A DNA stretch of 32,000 nucleotides from positions 120,001 to 152,000 of the forward strand of contig LYOS01000001.1 of NCBI GenBank assembly GCA_001766815.1. Direction: 5' to 3'. The notes under the pieces are model-generated. The model was not told the DNA's origin and searched no databases. It saw only the letters and a list, made by a program, of their open reading frames with translations. How positions within the stretch are numbered: the stretch's first letter is position 1; the number at the start of each line of letters is the position of its first letter. This document shows, piece after piece, positions 7,578 through 16,815 of this stretch. The translations under genes and the position numbers were made by a program. This DNA is from Candidatus Syntropharchaeum caldarium (GTDB lineage Archaea > Halobacteriota > Syntropharchaeia > Syntropharchaeales > Syntropharchaeaceae).

Positions 7578-9870
7578 GCGACCTTGACCATGCTCTGGCA
7601 ATATCCTCATTTGAGAGCTCAAGAATGTCCTTTCCATCAGACGTTATCACGAGCTCCGAGCCTCCAACCTCCCCGATCACTTTTGCTTCTGTTTCTGAGA
7701 TGAACTTATCAAGGTATTTGCGCTCAACCTCAAGAACCCATCTTGAGTTTGACTCTGAGAATAAGAGATAATCGGGGCGCATTGAACCCATAACTCCAAT
7801 ATCAATCCTTGCACCGATCATAGAACCGATCACCATCTCGGATAGCGAAACCCCAAGTCCACCATCTGATAGATCGTGGCAGGATACGATCGCACCGGAT
7901 GCAATTCCATTGAGTATCTGATCCATCAGTGATCTAAGATGGGCGGGATCTGTTTCTGGAACGAGCCCACCGTCAACACCACGCATCCTTAGGTATGCAG
8001 AACCTCCGAGCTCAGATCTGGTCTCGCCAAGAATACAGAGTGCATTTCCCTCTCTTTTAAGATCTGAGGTTATAACAGAGCGTACGTCATCGATCAGGCC
8101 CACACCAAGTATCACAGGCGTTGGAGGTATTGGGCCCCGGGGTGTCTCATTGTAGAAGCTCACATTTCCCGATACAAACGGCACTCCAAGTCCTTTTGCC
8201 ATGAATCCAAGTCCTCTACATGCTTCTCTAAAAGCACCCATCCGATCTGGTTTTTCAGGATTTCCAAAGTTAAGGCAATCTGCAAATGAGTGTATACGTC
8301 CGCCGACCGCTGTGATATTTCTACAAACCTCGTCGATCGCAGAAGCAGCGCCCCAGAATGGATCAAGCTGTGTGAGTGCAGGATTTACATCAGATGCAAT
8401 CACAAGTCCCCTGAATGAGTCTTCGACCGGTTTTATCACCGCTGCATCCTGATGTGTCTCATATCCCAATCTACCCTCGATCGGTTTGAGGATCGTGGCA
8501 CCTCGCACCTCGTGGTCATACATGTGGATTATCGAGGCACGGCTACAGATATTTGCTGAGGATAGAAGTCCGAGAAGCATCTCTCCATAATCATCGGGTT
8601 CATCGAGCAGAAGCTCTGCGCCAGATGCGGTTGTGTGCCTCTCAATAACGGCACATTCACGCTCATAAACAGGAGGCGTCGTTAGAAGATCAAGATCCAG
8701 ATCGAGTATCATCTCGCCGTTATACCAGATTATAAGCTTTCGCTGTGGGATTGCACCACCAACAAGCGTTGCCTCAAGGTCCCACTTATCGAATATCTCA
8801 AATACTTTCTCCACATTGGAGGGAGAAACAGCAAGCATGAATCGTTCCTGCGATTCTGAGACCCAGATTTCCCATGGCGAGAGCCCCTCTTCTTTAAGCG
8901 GCACGTGATCAAGTACAATCTGTGCACCACATCCACCTGAATCTGCCATCTCGGTCACAACACAGGATAAACCCCCACCACCGAGATCCTTCATGCCATG
9001 CAACAGTCCCAGCTCGTTTACCTCAAGGCATGCGTGAATCAGTGGTTCTTTTGTGATTGGATCGCCAAGTTGAACCGATCCTATCGACGTCTCCTCAGAA
9101 CTCGAGTCAAGCTCACAAGATGCAAATGTCACACCGTGAATCCCATCCCGCCCGGTCCTGCCACCAACAAGTATCAATGCATCCCCTGGTTCTTTCACCG
9201 CGCTTCTTATGATATTCTCACGTCTCGCGATGCCCACACACCCCACATTGACGAGGCAGTTGCCGATATAACCCTCATCAAAGTACACCATTCCTGCCAC
9301 GGTCGGTATTCCAACCCGATTCCCGTAATCACTGATTCCCGCAACAACCCTTGATAGAAGGTACTTTGGATGTTTGACGCCAGGTGGAACTCTCTCATAA
9401 TCAAAATCAAGGGGACCAAAGAAGAGTGGATCGATGAGGGCGACAGGCTGTGCTCCCATGCAGACAACATCCCGCAGGATTCCACCGATACCTGTTGCAG
9501 CTCCACCATAAGGTTCTATTGCAGATGGATGGTTGTGAGATTCAAGAGCAAGGACGTAAGCATGATCTTTATCAAATTCAACGACACCTGCATCTTCTGA
9601 TATGATGAGGATATTCTGGGGAGCTTCAATTCCAAAGATGAACTCCTCAAGTGTCGATCTTGAGCTTTTATAACAGCAATGTTCAGACCAGTTCTGGGCG
9701 ATCGACTGAAGTTCTATATCACGAGGATTTCTATTTCTATCTTTGAAATAAGACTGTATCCACCGCATCTCATCAAGACTCAGGGCAAGCCCAAGTTCAT
9801 CGCTTATCTCCACAAGCTCGTCATCCGATGCTTCATTCAATCTGATCTCTTTTATGTAGTCGGGCATCAC
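7570..9870 (-). CDS. purL: phosphoribosylformylglycinamidine synthase subunit PurL
   Basis: 766 aa. The motifs IAQNWSEHCCYKS, ESHNHPSAIEPYGGAATGIGG, two AIR-synthase-like repeats and GGLSCVVTEMA are all typical of PurL. The start is GTG 9870 or the adjacent ATG 9867. Confidence 0.95.
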   Translation of the reverse strand: MMPDYIKEIRLNEASDDELVEISDELGLALSLDEMRWIQSYFKDRNRNPRDIELQSIAQNWSEHCCYKSSRSTLEEFIFGIEAPQNILIISEDAGVVEFDKDHAYVLALESHNHPSAIEPYGGAATGIGGILRDVVCMGAQPVALIDPLFFGPLDFDYERVPPGVKHPKYLLSRVVAGISDYGNRVGIPTVAGMVYFDEGYIGNCLVNVGCVGIARRENIIRSAVKEPGDALILVGGRTGRDGIHGVTFASCELDSSSEETSIGSVQLGDPITKEPLIHACLEVNELGLLHGMKDLGGGGLSCVVTEMADSGGCGAQIVLDHVPLKEEGLSPWEIWVSESQERFMLAVSPSNVEKVFEIFDKWDLEATLVGGAIPQRKLIIWYNGEMILDLDLDLLTTPPVYERECAVIERHTTASGAELLLDEPDDYGEMLLGLLSSANICSRASIIHMYDHEVRGATILKPIEGRLGYETHQDAAVIKPVEDSFRGLVIASDVNPALTQLDPFWGAASAIDEVCRNITAVGGRIHSFADCLNFGNPEKPDRMGAFREACRGLGFMAKGLGVPFVSGNVSFYNETPRGPIPPTPVILGVGLIDDVRSVITSDLKREGNALCILGETRSELGGSAYLRMRGVDGGLVPETDPAHLRSLMDQILNGIASGAIVSCHDLSDGGLGVSLSEMVIGSMIGARIDIGVMGSMRPDYLLFSESNSRWVLEVERKYLDKFISETEAKVIGEVGGSELVITSDGKDILELSNEDIARAWSRSLI

Positions 9871-9892
9871 ACATCATTAGATCTCCACCCTT

Positions 9893-10849
9893 TTAAAGGT
9901 GGCGAATCGATCTTGTGAGAATTAAAAGAATGAGAATCGCTCCAAAAATCTCAAAGCCAGGTTGTGCAGGTGTTTGTCCACTGCTACCACTCGTTGAGCC
10001 AGATGATGATGAACCAGAGCCGCTTATCCCCTCTTCTCTGATTACAACATCTTCAAGTTCGCCGATCCTGATCGTGGTGTTTCCAGGTTCGTTGCCGAGC
10101 GTTTCATCGTTAAGCGTGAAAGTAACCTCTGCTTCTTCGCCATGGTCTAATCTGATGGTGCTGGTAGATTCAACCTCAGTACCATCCACCATCAGATAGA
10201 CCTTCTCATCTTTCCAGTTACCTTTCCCCCCAAGATTGGTAACATTAACCTTGACTGTCACGCTCGATCCAACCGTCGATGGGTTTGGATCGATGGTGAG
10301 ATCGGAATACTGGTAATTGGTTGGTGGGTATAGCGTTGCCCCTTTCTCTGCATATACCGTGATATAAGGTGTTCTCCCAATTACCCTGCCTCCTGCATTG
10401 TTATCCTTTGCTGTAATCCTGAATCTGTATTCTCCCTGAAGATCTTCATCTGATGATATACCAAATGAGATGGTCGCGTATGTTCGCTTTGTCTGTGATT
10501 TATCATCGTTTGTCATGTAACTTGATGATGCGCTTGCTGTGAAGCTCTGTCCAGGAGGATAGGGTGGTTTTGTACCGACGAGTTCAAAGCTTATTGATGG
10601 TTTGTATTCATCCGTATTCAGATCTCTCGAGGTGGTTCCGCTTGCCTCTACATAGATCTTCACCGTGGATCCAAGCGGAAAGTGATCGTTGTAATGTGCT
10701 GAGTAGTTTTTATAGCCATAGACATCTGTGCAGACAACCGCAACAACTCCACCGTCTCCAACTATTCTATCTGATGCCGCGGCAGGTATCTGTGCCATCA
10801 GCAGGAGGATACCCAGACTGAAGATAATTGTGCGATATTTTGTGACCAT
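9893..10849 (-). CDS. secreted surface protein with CARDB-like domain and PGF-CTERM archaeosortase signal
   Basis: Signal peptide MVTKYRTIIFSLGILLLMAQIPAAAS. CARDB-like segment (VGSSVTVKVNVTNLGGKG...VYLMVDGTEV...AEVTFTL). A Ser/Gly-rich stalk follows, then PGFEIFGAILILLILTRSIRHL, which is the PGF motif plus TM helix plus basic tail. Confidence 0.8.
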   Translation of the reverse strand: MVTKYRTIIFSLGILLLMAQIPAAASDRIVGDGGVVAVVCTDVYGYKNYSAHYNDHFPLGSTVKIYVEASGTTSRDLNTDEYKPSISFELVGTKPPYPPGQSFTASASSSYMTNDDKSQTKRTYATISFGISSDEDLQGEYRFRITAKDNNAGGRVIGRTPYITVYAEKGATLYPPTNYQYSDLTIDPNPSTVGSSVTVKVNVTNLGGKGNWKDEKVYLMVDGTEVESTSTIRLDHGEEAEVTFTLNDETLGNEPGNTTIRIGELEDVVIREEGISGSGSSSSGSTSGSSGQTPAQPGFEIFGAILILLILTRSIRHL

Positions 10850-11001
10850 GATCTCACCATGTAAATATAAAGTTCCACTTTACATATAATATATGTTTCT
10901 ATTTATGAAAATAAAATATCCAAATATTGAGTATTTTATTGATAACATAAATTTAATGATTGCAGTAATAGATATAACCAATGAGGACAAGGTATAAACT
11001 T

Positions 11002-11312
11002 GCGGGCTAGTCCGGGGTGTTCGGCGTGCCCTGTAACTCGAAATCGTCGATATGCGAGGGACGAAGCTCCGGGAAGACGTTGTTTCTGCCACTTCAGCCT
11101 GGATCTCCAACAATGAGATCTCGTCCTGTAGGGCTGGCGGTGAGATGGTGGCTAACCGGAGGGTTTGTCATCACTTTTCGCCAGGGAGATCGGTCGAGGC
11201 CCGGAAGGGAGCAGGCTTACCCTGGACGTTCGGCGCTTACGGGGGTGCGAGATCGAGGCGGATTCCAGTCAAACTGGGTGGCAGAACAGCGGCGACCTGG
11301 GGCGTGCCCGCT
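11002..11312 (+). ncRNA. signal recognition particle RNA (archaeal 7S/SRP RNA)
   Basis: About 310 nt and GC-rich. The 5' GCGGGCUAGUCCGGGGUGUUCGGCGUGCCCUGUAAC resembles archaeal SRP RNA 5' domains. The helix-8 signature GUCGAGGCCCGGAAGGGAGCAGGC is present. The 5' GCGGGC (11002-11007) pairs with the 3' GCCCGC (11306-11311), followed by a T-rich tail. The ORFs 11017..11418, 11052..11330 and 10880..11113 over this region are artefacts. Confidence 0.85.
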
Positions 11313-11379
11313 TCTTCTCGTCGAATATAAAACCTTAAATAAGTCATCTATCACAAATATGTATGGGAAGAGGTATGAG

Positions 11380-11464
11380 GTCGGGATAGCCCAGCGGCCT
11401 AAGGCGGTGGATTGCTAATCCATTGTCCCATTGGGACACGAGGGTTCGAATCCCTCTCCCGACG
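11380..11464 (+). tRNA. tRNA-Ser (GCU)
   Basis: Hand fold. Acceptor GTCGGGA/TCCCGAC with discriminator G. Anticodon stem GTGGA/TCCAT with loop TT-GCT-AA. A long variable arm (TGTCCCATTGGGACAC) marks a class II tRNA. T arm GAGGG-TTCGAAT-CCCTC. Confidence 0.9.
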
Positions 11465-11482
11465 TAAGGAGAGTGCGTGAAG

Positions 11483-11980
11483 ATGGAAATACTGGAAAAC
11501 CCTGTTGTGTGCAAATACTTCAAGAGCCTGATCGGCGAAGATGGTCTGCGTGTACTTGAAAAGATGCCAGAAGATGAGATAACCGATGATAAGATCACAG
11601 AACTGGTCGGTCTTGATCTGAATACAGTAAGAAGGACACTCTATATACTGTATGAAAACAGATTGATGAAATATCGTCGGGAGAAGAGTGAAGACAGTGG
11701 CTGGCTCACATATTACTGGAAGATTGAACTTAACGAGCTTGATCGTGTAATAAAGGATAAAATTGAAAAATTTAAGACGATATTAAAGCAGAGATATAAG
11801 TACGAGACCGAAAATGTCTTTTATTCATGTAAATATCATTCAGTGAGGTTTGTATTTGACGATGCCGCAGAGTTCAGTTTTAAATGTCCATTCTGTGAGG
11901 AATCGCTTGATTACGAAGATAACACGCCGGTGATTGAAGCCATAGAAAAGAAGCTATCCGAGATGGGAAGTTTTGAGTGA
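11483..11980 (+). CDS. tfe: transcription factor E (TFE alpha, TFIIE-alpha homologue)
   Basis: Winged-helix N-terminus (ITDDKITELVGLDLNTVRRTLYILYENRLMKYRRE...GWLTYYWKI) and C-terminal zinc ribbon (YSCKYH...FKCPFCEESL). The track start is GTG 11477; ATG is at 11483. Confidence 0.85.
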   Translation: MEILENPVVCKYFKSLIGEDGLRVLEKMPEDEITDDKITELVGLDLNTVRRTLYILYENRLMKYRREKSEDSGWLTYYWKIELNELDRVIKDKIEKFKTILKQRYKYETENVFYSCKYHSVRFVFDDAAEFSFKCPFCEESLDYEDNTPVIEAIEKKLSEMGSFE

Positions 11981-12981
11981 ACAGAGCTGAGTGTATCGAG
12001 ATTTTACGCCAGACTGGCTGTAACAGTGATGTAATAGCGCATTCGATTGCCGTAGCCGATCTGGCACTTGAGATATGCGATATACGATGGAAGGATCTGG
12101 CAGATCGTGAACTTGTCGAGGCTGGTGCTCTCCTCCATGATATTGGCAGGTCAAAAACGCAGCAAATCGACCATGCAGTTATTGGAGTTGAGATCGGACG
12201 GGAACTGGGCCTTGATCCGCGCATTCTTCTGATCATTGAGCGGCATATTGGAGCGGGCATAACTCAGGATGAGGCAGAAGCATTAGGACTTCCTGCAAAG
12301 GATTATTTACCGGAGACGATCGAAGAGAAGATCGTTGCACACGCTGATAACCTCGTGGATGATACCACGCGGATCACATTTCATGAGCGAATAAAACAGG
12401 TGGAGGAAAGACTCACAGAAGCGCACGTCAATCGAATGATCAAGCTTCACAACGAGGTTTGTGGCAGGAGATTTGAGCCTGAGATATTTTGTGGTTACGC
12501 AAAGATCAATGACGTGAAGCAACTGATGAAAGAGATCGCAGATATTGCACAGAAACACAGTCTTGTTATACAGATCGTTGATGGAGATCTTGTGGCAGGA
12601 AAAGAACACGTGCGATCTGCTGTTTTTAAAGCGATCCGTTCAATGGATGCAGGAGAAGCGATCGCATCTTCTCTTAGCCTTGAGATCCTTTTATATCTTG
12701 CTGGAACGCGTAATATCAGCAAAGCCCTTGAGATTGGGGTTAAAGAGGGTGAAGGTAGGGTGTACCTCATAATAATCGGTGATGAAGTTGGCAAGGACGT
12801 TAAAGAAGAAATCTTTGAACTTTTGCACTTTAAAGAAGATGATTTTAGCAGATCCTGTGAGAATAAAGAGCAACTGATGGCGTTTTTTGGGATAACAGAA
12901 GAAGAGCTTGGCGTTGCAGGTGAGGATAAACTCGAGATGCTTGTCATAGAAAGGGGTGCACTCCTCGAGGTTCTTAAGTAA
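11977..12981 (+). CDS. HD-domain phosphohydrolase fused to KEOPS subunit Cgi121
   Basis: The N-terminal ~175 aa carry H..(n)..HD motifs (VIAHSIAV...GALLHDIGRSK...ERHIGAG...VAHADNL). The C-terminal ~150 aa align by eye with M. jannaschii Cgi121 as I recall it: IQIVDGDLVAGKEHVRSAVFKA...SLSLEILLYLAGTRNISKALEIGVKEGEGRVYLIIIGD against FQILNADVVATKKHVLHAINQA...SFWMEILVRASGQRQIHEAIKIIGAKDGNVCLICED. The GTG start overlaps the tfe stop (GTGA). Confidence 0.75.
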   Translation: MNRAECIEILRQTGCNSDVIAHSIAVADLALEICDIRWKDLADRELVEAGALLHDIGRSKTQQIDHAVIGVEIGRELGLDPRILLIIERHIGAGITQDEAEALGLPAKDYLPETIEEKIVAHADNLVDDTTRITFHERIKQVEERLTEAHVNRMIKLHNEVCGRRFEPEIFCGYAKINDVKQLMKEIADIAQKHSLVIQIVDGDLVAGKEHVRSAVFKAIRSMDAGEAIASSLSLEILLYLAGTRNISKALEIGVKEGEGRVYLIIIGDEVGKDVKEEIFELLHFKEDDFSRSCENKEQLMAFFGITEEELGVAGEDKLEMLVIERGALLEVLK

Positions 12982-13042
12982 TTCCTTCGAAATTTACCTC
13001 ATCTTTGTGAGAAGAGATGTCATCCTGCCAGAGCGATATTTT

Positions 13043-13666
13043 TTATATTCCATATCTATGCTCAATGGCGGCGATCTTTTGTTCCATAATCCATATCAGC
13101 TCTTCCTGGTTCTTTATCACTTCATCTATCGGTTTTCCAGACTTTAACTTTGTGCTGCTGCATTTCTTCATCGCCTCAACAACTCTTTTTCTCCTCAGAA
13201 ACTCTGTCGCAAGATGCTTATACTCATCTGCAACCTTCCCGGCCTTTTTATTGATAAGTGCGTCATATTTACTATTTATTTTATCCATCTGTTCAAAGGT
13301 CTCATGTAGCTTGTTAAGGAGTTCAGTCTTGGTGAATGGTTTTGTGATGTAGTTCTCAAACATCATGAGCAGCTCACCCTCTATGATATCCGGTGTGGGT
13401 GGAATCACGGTCATCATCGAGACAGGAATTGAACTGAGCTTCTTATCCGCCTTTATCGTTTTCAAAGTTACCCATCCATCCATTGGCTGCATCATAACAT
13501 CGAGAAGAATCAGATCTGGCTTCTCACGCGATTCATAGAGCTTTTGCAGACATTCAAGCCCACCACCTGCCTCCATCGTGTTATAACCGTCTGATTTGAG
13601 TACCTTCTTCACAGTCCATACCATGTCTTTTGTATCATCAACTACCATAACTGTTTTTTTATTCAC
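13043..13666 (-). CDS. response regulator (REC domain) with uncharacterised helical C-terminal extension
   Basis: REC motifs VMVVDD, phospho-acceptor region PDLILLDVMMQPMDG, and SMMT...KPF. The C-terminal ~85 aa are helical with no recognisable DNA-binding domain. The GTG start overlaps the kinase stop (GTGA). Confidence 0.85.
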   Translation of the reverse strand: MNKKTVMVVDDTKDMVWTVKKVLKSDGYNTMEAGGGLECLQKLYESREKPDLILLDVMMQPMDGWVTLKTIKADKKLSSIPVSMMTVIPPTPDIIEGELLMMFENYITKPFTKTELLNKLHETFEQMDKINSKYDALINKKAGKVADEYKHLATEFLRRKRVVEAMKKCSSTKLKSGKPIDEVIKNQEELIWIMEQKIAAIEHRYGI

Positions 13667-14466
13667 TTATTTCCCCCTGGTATCGTAAAATAGAACTTGC
13701 TTCCAACCTCAGGTGTGCTCTCAACCCAGATTTTCCCTCCATGTGCCTCAACGATTCCTTTGGCGATCGAAAGCCCCAATCCCGATCCACCGGTCTCATG
13801 ATGGAGGTATGTATCTCCTTCGTAGAAATGATCGAATATCTTTTCCTGCTCCTCTGCTGAAATTCCTATGCCATTATCTTCAACCTTAAAGAGCAGGTTC
13901 TGGCTGTTTGATTCATCTTTCTGCACCGACACCACGATCTTTCCCCCTTTTGGTGTGAACTTTATCGCATTGTGTATCAGGTTGTTCAGTACCTGTGTAA
14001 CCCTATCCCTGTCACAGACAAAATCTGAGACATCGCTCGAAATGCTTAGCTCAAGCTCATGTTCCCGCGTTTTAGCCAGACTCTTCAGGTCATCAACGAT
14101 TCCCCTGACAAGCTCTGGTATAAATGTAGGTTCACTATCAAGTCGAAGTCTGCCGCCATAAATGGCGGACATATCTCGTACATCCTGTACAAGCTTTATC
14201 AAACGTTCGATATTGTTTATGATCATCGAAAGACTCTCTCTCTGGTCATCTTCAAGATCACCGAAGGTCCCATCAAGAAGCATTTCAACATTATTTCGCA
14301 TAATTGCGAGTGGCGTTCCAAGCTCATGTGCAGTGATCGAGACGAAATCTGTCTTCATTCTATCAAGCTCCTTCAACTCCTCATAAGCCTTTGCAAGCCT
14401 CATCTTATCGTTTCGAAGGTCAATGGTCGCCATCTCTACCATCTGCTCAAGTTCCTCTTTATCCAT
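13663..14466 (-). CDS. soluble histidine kinase (HisKA + HATPase_c only, no sensor or TM domain)
   Basis: H box FVSITAHELGTPL, N box LNNLIHNAIKFT, G1 VEDNGIGI and G2 GSGLGLSIAKGIV. Only about 40 aa of coiled coil precede the H box. Confidence 0.9.
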   Translation of the reverse strand: MDKEELEQMVEMATIDLRNDKMRLAKAYEELKELDRMKTDFVSITAHELGTPLAIMRNNVEMLLDGTFGDLEDDQRESLSMIINNIERLIKLVQDVRDMSAIYGGRLRLDSEPTFIPELVRGIVDDLKSLAKTREHELELSISSDVSDFVCDRDRVTQVLNNLIHNAIKFTPKGGKIVVSVQKDESNSQNLLFKVEDNGIGISAEEQEKIFDHFYEGDTYLHHETGGSGLGLSIAKGIVEAHGGKIWVESTPEVGSKFYFTIPGGNK

Positions 14467-14777
14467 TCACATCCCCTTAAGTTGCAAGTTTATTCCGCTT
14501 CTCAAGCTCTACATCATGCTCTTTTAGAGCCGATGTTCTGTTCCCCCCACTGCATCTTCTCAGTAATTTCAGGTATGATAATTTTGTCAACCATCTTATA
14601 AAAATAGACGTGCAGACGTTGCGAACCAGGGATATAAGTTTGGTAGCAGATAAAATTTCCAAGAATCACATTTGCAGGATCGGGTAGCGGCGATGGTGTG
14701 ATTCAGGAGAGGCTGAAACTACGCTCAGGGTGTGATGAGTTCAAGTTAACTTTATTTTTTTAAAGGAAATAGTAAAG

Positions 14778-14786
14778 TTTATATAT
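14778..14786 (+). promoter_or_regulatory. candidate BRE/TATA promoter for the cohesin-dockerin cluster (first transcription unit)
   Basis: AAAG-TTTATATAT lies in an AT-rich intergenic region. No other TATA-like element occurs in the ~100 nt before ATG 15046. This implies a leader of roughly 230 nt. Near-identical to the element at 21394-21408. Confidence 0.35.
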
Positions 14787-14865
14787 GATAAATACATCAC
14801 ACTTACTCGAATTAAACAGAGTTAAAACATAAAAATTTGTTAACTGAACAATCGAGGTGGCATAG

Positions 14866-15033
14866 ATGGTAAGGAGTGAATTGAAATTTTACCGTATAAG
14901 GGATCTCTTACCATTTATCACTTCACCCAGTGGTATCCGCAGTCAGAAACTAAACAGCATGTCTTCCTCTCTTGCTTCGATCTGCACACCTTCAATCAAG
15001 GCCCATCTGCGGATACCACCTTCTACAGAGTAA
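14866..15033 (+). CDS. candidate 55-codon upstream ORF in the cluster leader (speculative)
   Basis: SD GAGGTG (14854-14859) lies 6 nt before ATG 14866. Translation: MVRSELKFYRIRDLLPFITSPSGIRSQKLNSMSSSLASICTPSIKAHLRIPPSTE. The stop TAA (15031-15033) overlaps the SD (TAAGGAG) of the 15046 gene. No recognisable domain, so it may be non-coding. Confidence 0.2.
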   Translation: MVRSELKFYRIRDLLPFITSPSGIRSQKLNSMSSSLASICTPSIKAHLRIPPSTE

Positions 15034-15045
15034 GGAGATGATTAA

Positions 15046-16581
15046 ATGAAAAGGGATGGAAATTTTTACGGTACACAGATCATGATAATTGCAATCTGTG
15101 TTATGATGGTATTTACAGTTGTTACGGTCACGGCGTCTGAATGGCCCCAGTTCCAGAAGGATGAGGTGAATACGGGTGTTTGCAATGATAAGATTCTTGG
15201 AAGAAGCGTTAGCTGGAACGTGATGACGCATACGAATACATATATGGCAGCGGGAGTCAATGTGGTTCCAGTTGTGGCGAATAACAACGTATATGTGCTC
15301 GACTGCGAGGGATACATCTGGAGCTTTGACGCAGTGACAGGGAATGAAAACGGTAACTGTTCCTATAATTCCAATGCAGACTTCCAGCTCTCAACGCCAG
15401 CTTATGGAGATGATAAGATCTTCTTTGCGATGAGTCGTGGAGATGAGAAAGGGTCAGTATTCGCTGTGAATGCAAACGATGTGAGCGATGAGATATGGAA
15501 TGTGACCGTTGATTCGACACAGCAGATAAACGTACCTATAACCTATGATAGCTATGATAGCGGCAAAATATATTTCGGCACATGGAACGGAACATGGAGC
15601 ACAACGGAAGGATGTGGGAGATATTACTGCCTTAATGCTGTGAACGGCAACGAGATATGGAACTACACAACAAGCACAGAGGGAAACGGCTACTACTGGG
15701 CTGGCGCGTGCATAATCGGTGATTACATCGTATTTGGAGATGATCTTGGGAATATCACCTGTTTGAATAAGAATACAGGCGCACTGGTGGATGTGAAGAA
15801 TATCAAAGATGAGGTATCAAACGCAAAACAGATAAGGTCGTCTGTAAGCTGCAATGCAACGTACCACAACGCAACCTGCGGTAGAGTGTACTTCACGGAT
15901 GGAAACTACACGAGTAGTAGTATTCACAGTGGAAGGTTATGGGCTTACGACATCAATACGAGCACGGGGACTCTGACATACGCGTGGAACAGAGAGATTG
16001 ACTTCTCAAGGTCTACACCGGTTGTTTATAAAAATCGGGTATATGTCGGGTGCGGTGATTTCCGTGTTGCTGGTAAGCTCTACTGCATCTACGAATCCGA
16101 TGGAACAGTTGACTGGAGTTTCACGGTTCCAACACTTTCTTCAGCCTGTAAACCAGGAGTTACGGCATCTCCTGTCCTATCGATCGATGGGGATGCTACC
16201 TACATCTATTTCACGGTAAACAGTGTAAATGGAAGGCTATACTGTATTAATGAAAGCGGTAGCGAACTCTGGTACTACGAACCACCGGAATCTGACCCGA
16301 GCGGCGAATACATCTCACAGGGCGCAGCGATCTACAAGAACACCGCAGGCGAGATGCGAGTATTCTTCGGAAACGACGCAGGGAAGCTTTACGCCCTCGA
16401 TGAAGGAATGTGCGGGGATGTGGATGGCGATGGTTTTGTGACAGGATTCGATTCCTACCTGGTGTACACACGAGATCTTGAGATCAGTCAATGGGCAGCG
16501 GATGTTGACTGTGATGGATTCATAACAGGTTTTGATTCCTACTTAGTATACACAAGAAATCTGAACTGCTGTGATGATTAG
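15046..16581 (+). CDS. secreted PQQ-like beta-propeller protein with C-terminal dockerin (gene A)
   Basis: N-terminal hydrophobic signal/anchor (IMIIAICVMMVFTVVTVTAS). Repeated propeller motifs follow (W.QF..D..NTG; NNNVYVLDCEGYIWSFDAVTG; GKIYFGT..; GRYYCLNAVNGNEIW; GKLYCIYESDGTVDW; GRLYCINESGSELW; GKLYALD). The dockerin at about 16405-16578 has two near-identical Ca-loop repeats, GDVDGDGFVTGFDSYLVYTRDL and ADVDCDGFITGFDSYLVYTRNL. The gene ends in TAG. Confidence 0.9.
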   Translation: MKRDGNFYGTQIMIIAICVMMVFTVVTVTASEWPQFQKDEVNTGVCNDKILGRSVSWNVMTHTNTYMAAGVNVVPVVANNNVYVLDCEGYIWSFDAVTGNENGNCSYNSNADFQLSTPAYGDDKIFFAMSRGDEKGSVFAVNANDVSDEIWNVTVDSTQQINVPITYDSYDSGKIYFGTWNGTWSTTEGCGRYYCLNAVNGNEIWNYTTSTEGNGYYWAGACIIGDYIVFGDDLGNITCLNKNTGALVDVKNIKDEVSNAKQIRSSVSCNATYHNATCGRVYFTDGNYTSSSIHSGRLWAYDINTSTGTLTYAWNREIDFSRSTPVVYKNRVYVGCGDFRVAGKLYCIYESDGTVDWSFTVPTLSSACKPGVTASPVLSIDGDATYIYFTVNSVNGRLYCINESGSELWYYEPPESDPSGEYISQGAAIYKNTAGEMRVFFGNDAGKLYALDEGMCGDVDGDGFVTGFDSYLVYTRDLEISQWAADVDCDGFITGFDSYLVYTRNLNCCDD

Positions 16582-16815
16582 GAGGCACAGATAGCGATGA
16601 AAGGTTGTTACAGGTTCGGAGGAGGCGGTTTTCCGTCCTCCATCTCCATTATTTCCAGTTATTTCAAACCATGGTTTAAAAGATCCGAGATGCACAGGGA
16701 TCTGCCCATGCGGGGTACTGTGGTGAGTGCATCAAAAAGAAGTGGTGCGGTGCAACACACTGGTACTCCCGTAAAGTGCTCAGGTGCTGCACCCACAACC
16801 ACAGGAGGAAAATAG

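Noticed and set aside
10880-11418. ORFs 11017..11418 (+), 11052..11330 (+) and 10880..11113 (-)
   Set aside because: They overlap the SRP RNA gene. The GC-rich structured RNA simply lacks stop codons, and the translations are Arg/Gly/Pro-rich nonsense.
14477-14662. 61-aa minus-strand ORF just upstream of the histidine kinase
   Set aside because: It has no SD and an implausible sequence. It lies in the promoter/leader region of the kinase operon and is not in frame with the kinase.
14690-14760. Possible C/D-box sRNA (GTGATGA at ~14739 and CTGA at ~14712), and CUGA motifs in the tRNA intron (2941-2974)
   Set aside because: The box order and spacing do not fit a C-D'-C'-D architecture. No terminal stem or plausible guide region is present, and the tRNA intron is too short for a complete guide RNA.
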